Positions 63,591 through 64,000 of a stretch of 64,000 nt of DNA are shown here, piece by piece. The notes below the pieces were generated by a model that did not search any database, had not been told where the DNA came from, and saw only the letters and a list, made by a program, of their open reading frames with translations. Origin of the DNA: Camelus ferus (lineage: Eukaryota); the NCBI RefSeq assembly GCF_009834535.1, contig NC_045697.1:43278001-43342000 (forward strand). Reading direction: 5' to 3'. A program made the position numbers and the translations under genes. The stretch's first letter is position 1. Each line of letters begins with the position of its first letter.

Positions 63591-64000
63591 ATAATTTTTT
63601 TAAAAATCTTAGTTAAAAATGTTGACTAATTTTCAAATAGGAGTCATTTTGATAAAGAAAGTTCCAAGCAACCTTATAGCTCTCACCTAGCCTTAGAAAT
63701 TGTTTATGCAAAGATTACCAATTATCTCCAGAGGACAACCCAGTGGACCTTTATAATCCTGATGCTGCCTGACTGTGATGTGGCGTTTACTACACTATTT
63801 CTACAACACTGCTACTCGCTCCAGCTCTGCTTGTCTCAGTATTCTAGCAATCCCCTATCCTTATTATTTCTCAGGATTTTGCCCTCTGCCTGCATTTTAT
63901 TATTAATACTCCCCCAGGGAAATCTTAACTGTGCCAATCACTCTGACTTATGTCTATATCATGAGAAATACTGAATACATAACTCCTGTTCCTAAACCCC

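Noticed and set aside
1..64000. Prokaryotic-type systems (CRISPR, operons, defence islands)
   Set aside because: Sequence is mammalian and repeat-rich; no spacer-repeat arrays or gene-dense regions were seen.

Overview
This is AT-rich, CpG-depleted mammalian non-coding DNA (intergenic, or a large intron). It is most likely from a camelid: it carries a vic-1-like tRNA-derived SINE and artiodactyl-type young L1 3' ends, and I saw no Alu, B1/B2, BovB/Bov-tA or PRE1. I found no credible protein-coding gene. The recognisable ORFs are decayed L1 ORF1/ORF2 or Tigger transposase remnants, and the rest look like chance frames. Much of the window is ancient TE debris (L1M, L2, L3, MIR, MaLR/ERVL/ERV1 LTRs, hAT and TcMar DNA transposons). 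Family names come from my recall of consensus sequences, not from a search, so subfamily calls and most boundaries are approximate. The most notable observations are: (1) a 55-bp inverted, templated copy of nearby unique sequence inserted into an old L1 (18025-18079 / 19126-19180); (2) a ~300-bp micro-inversion inside an old L1 with a fold-back hairpin at its breakpoint (1880-2190); (3) a CpG-retaining, homeodomain-site-dense enhancer-like element with a long GC hairpin (49700-50110); (4) a CpG-rich promoter-like arm of an ancient Tigger element; (5) an LTR fragment apparently captured with long direct repeats inside MER5A1; and (6) TALE-homeodomain motif clusters. I cannot support a claim of a new biological system from the sequence alone.
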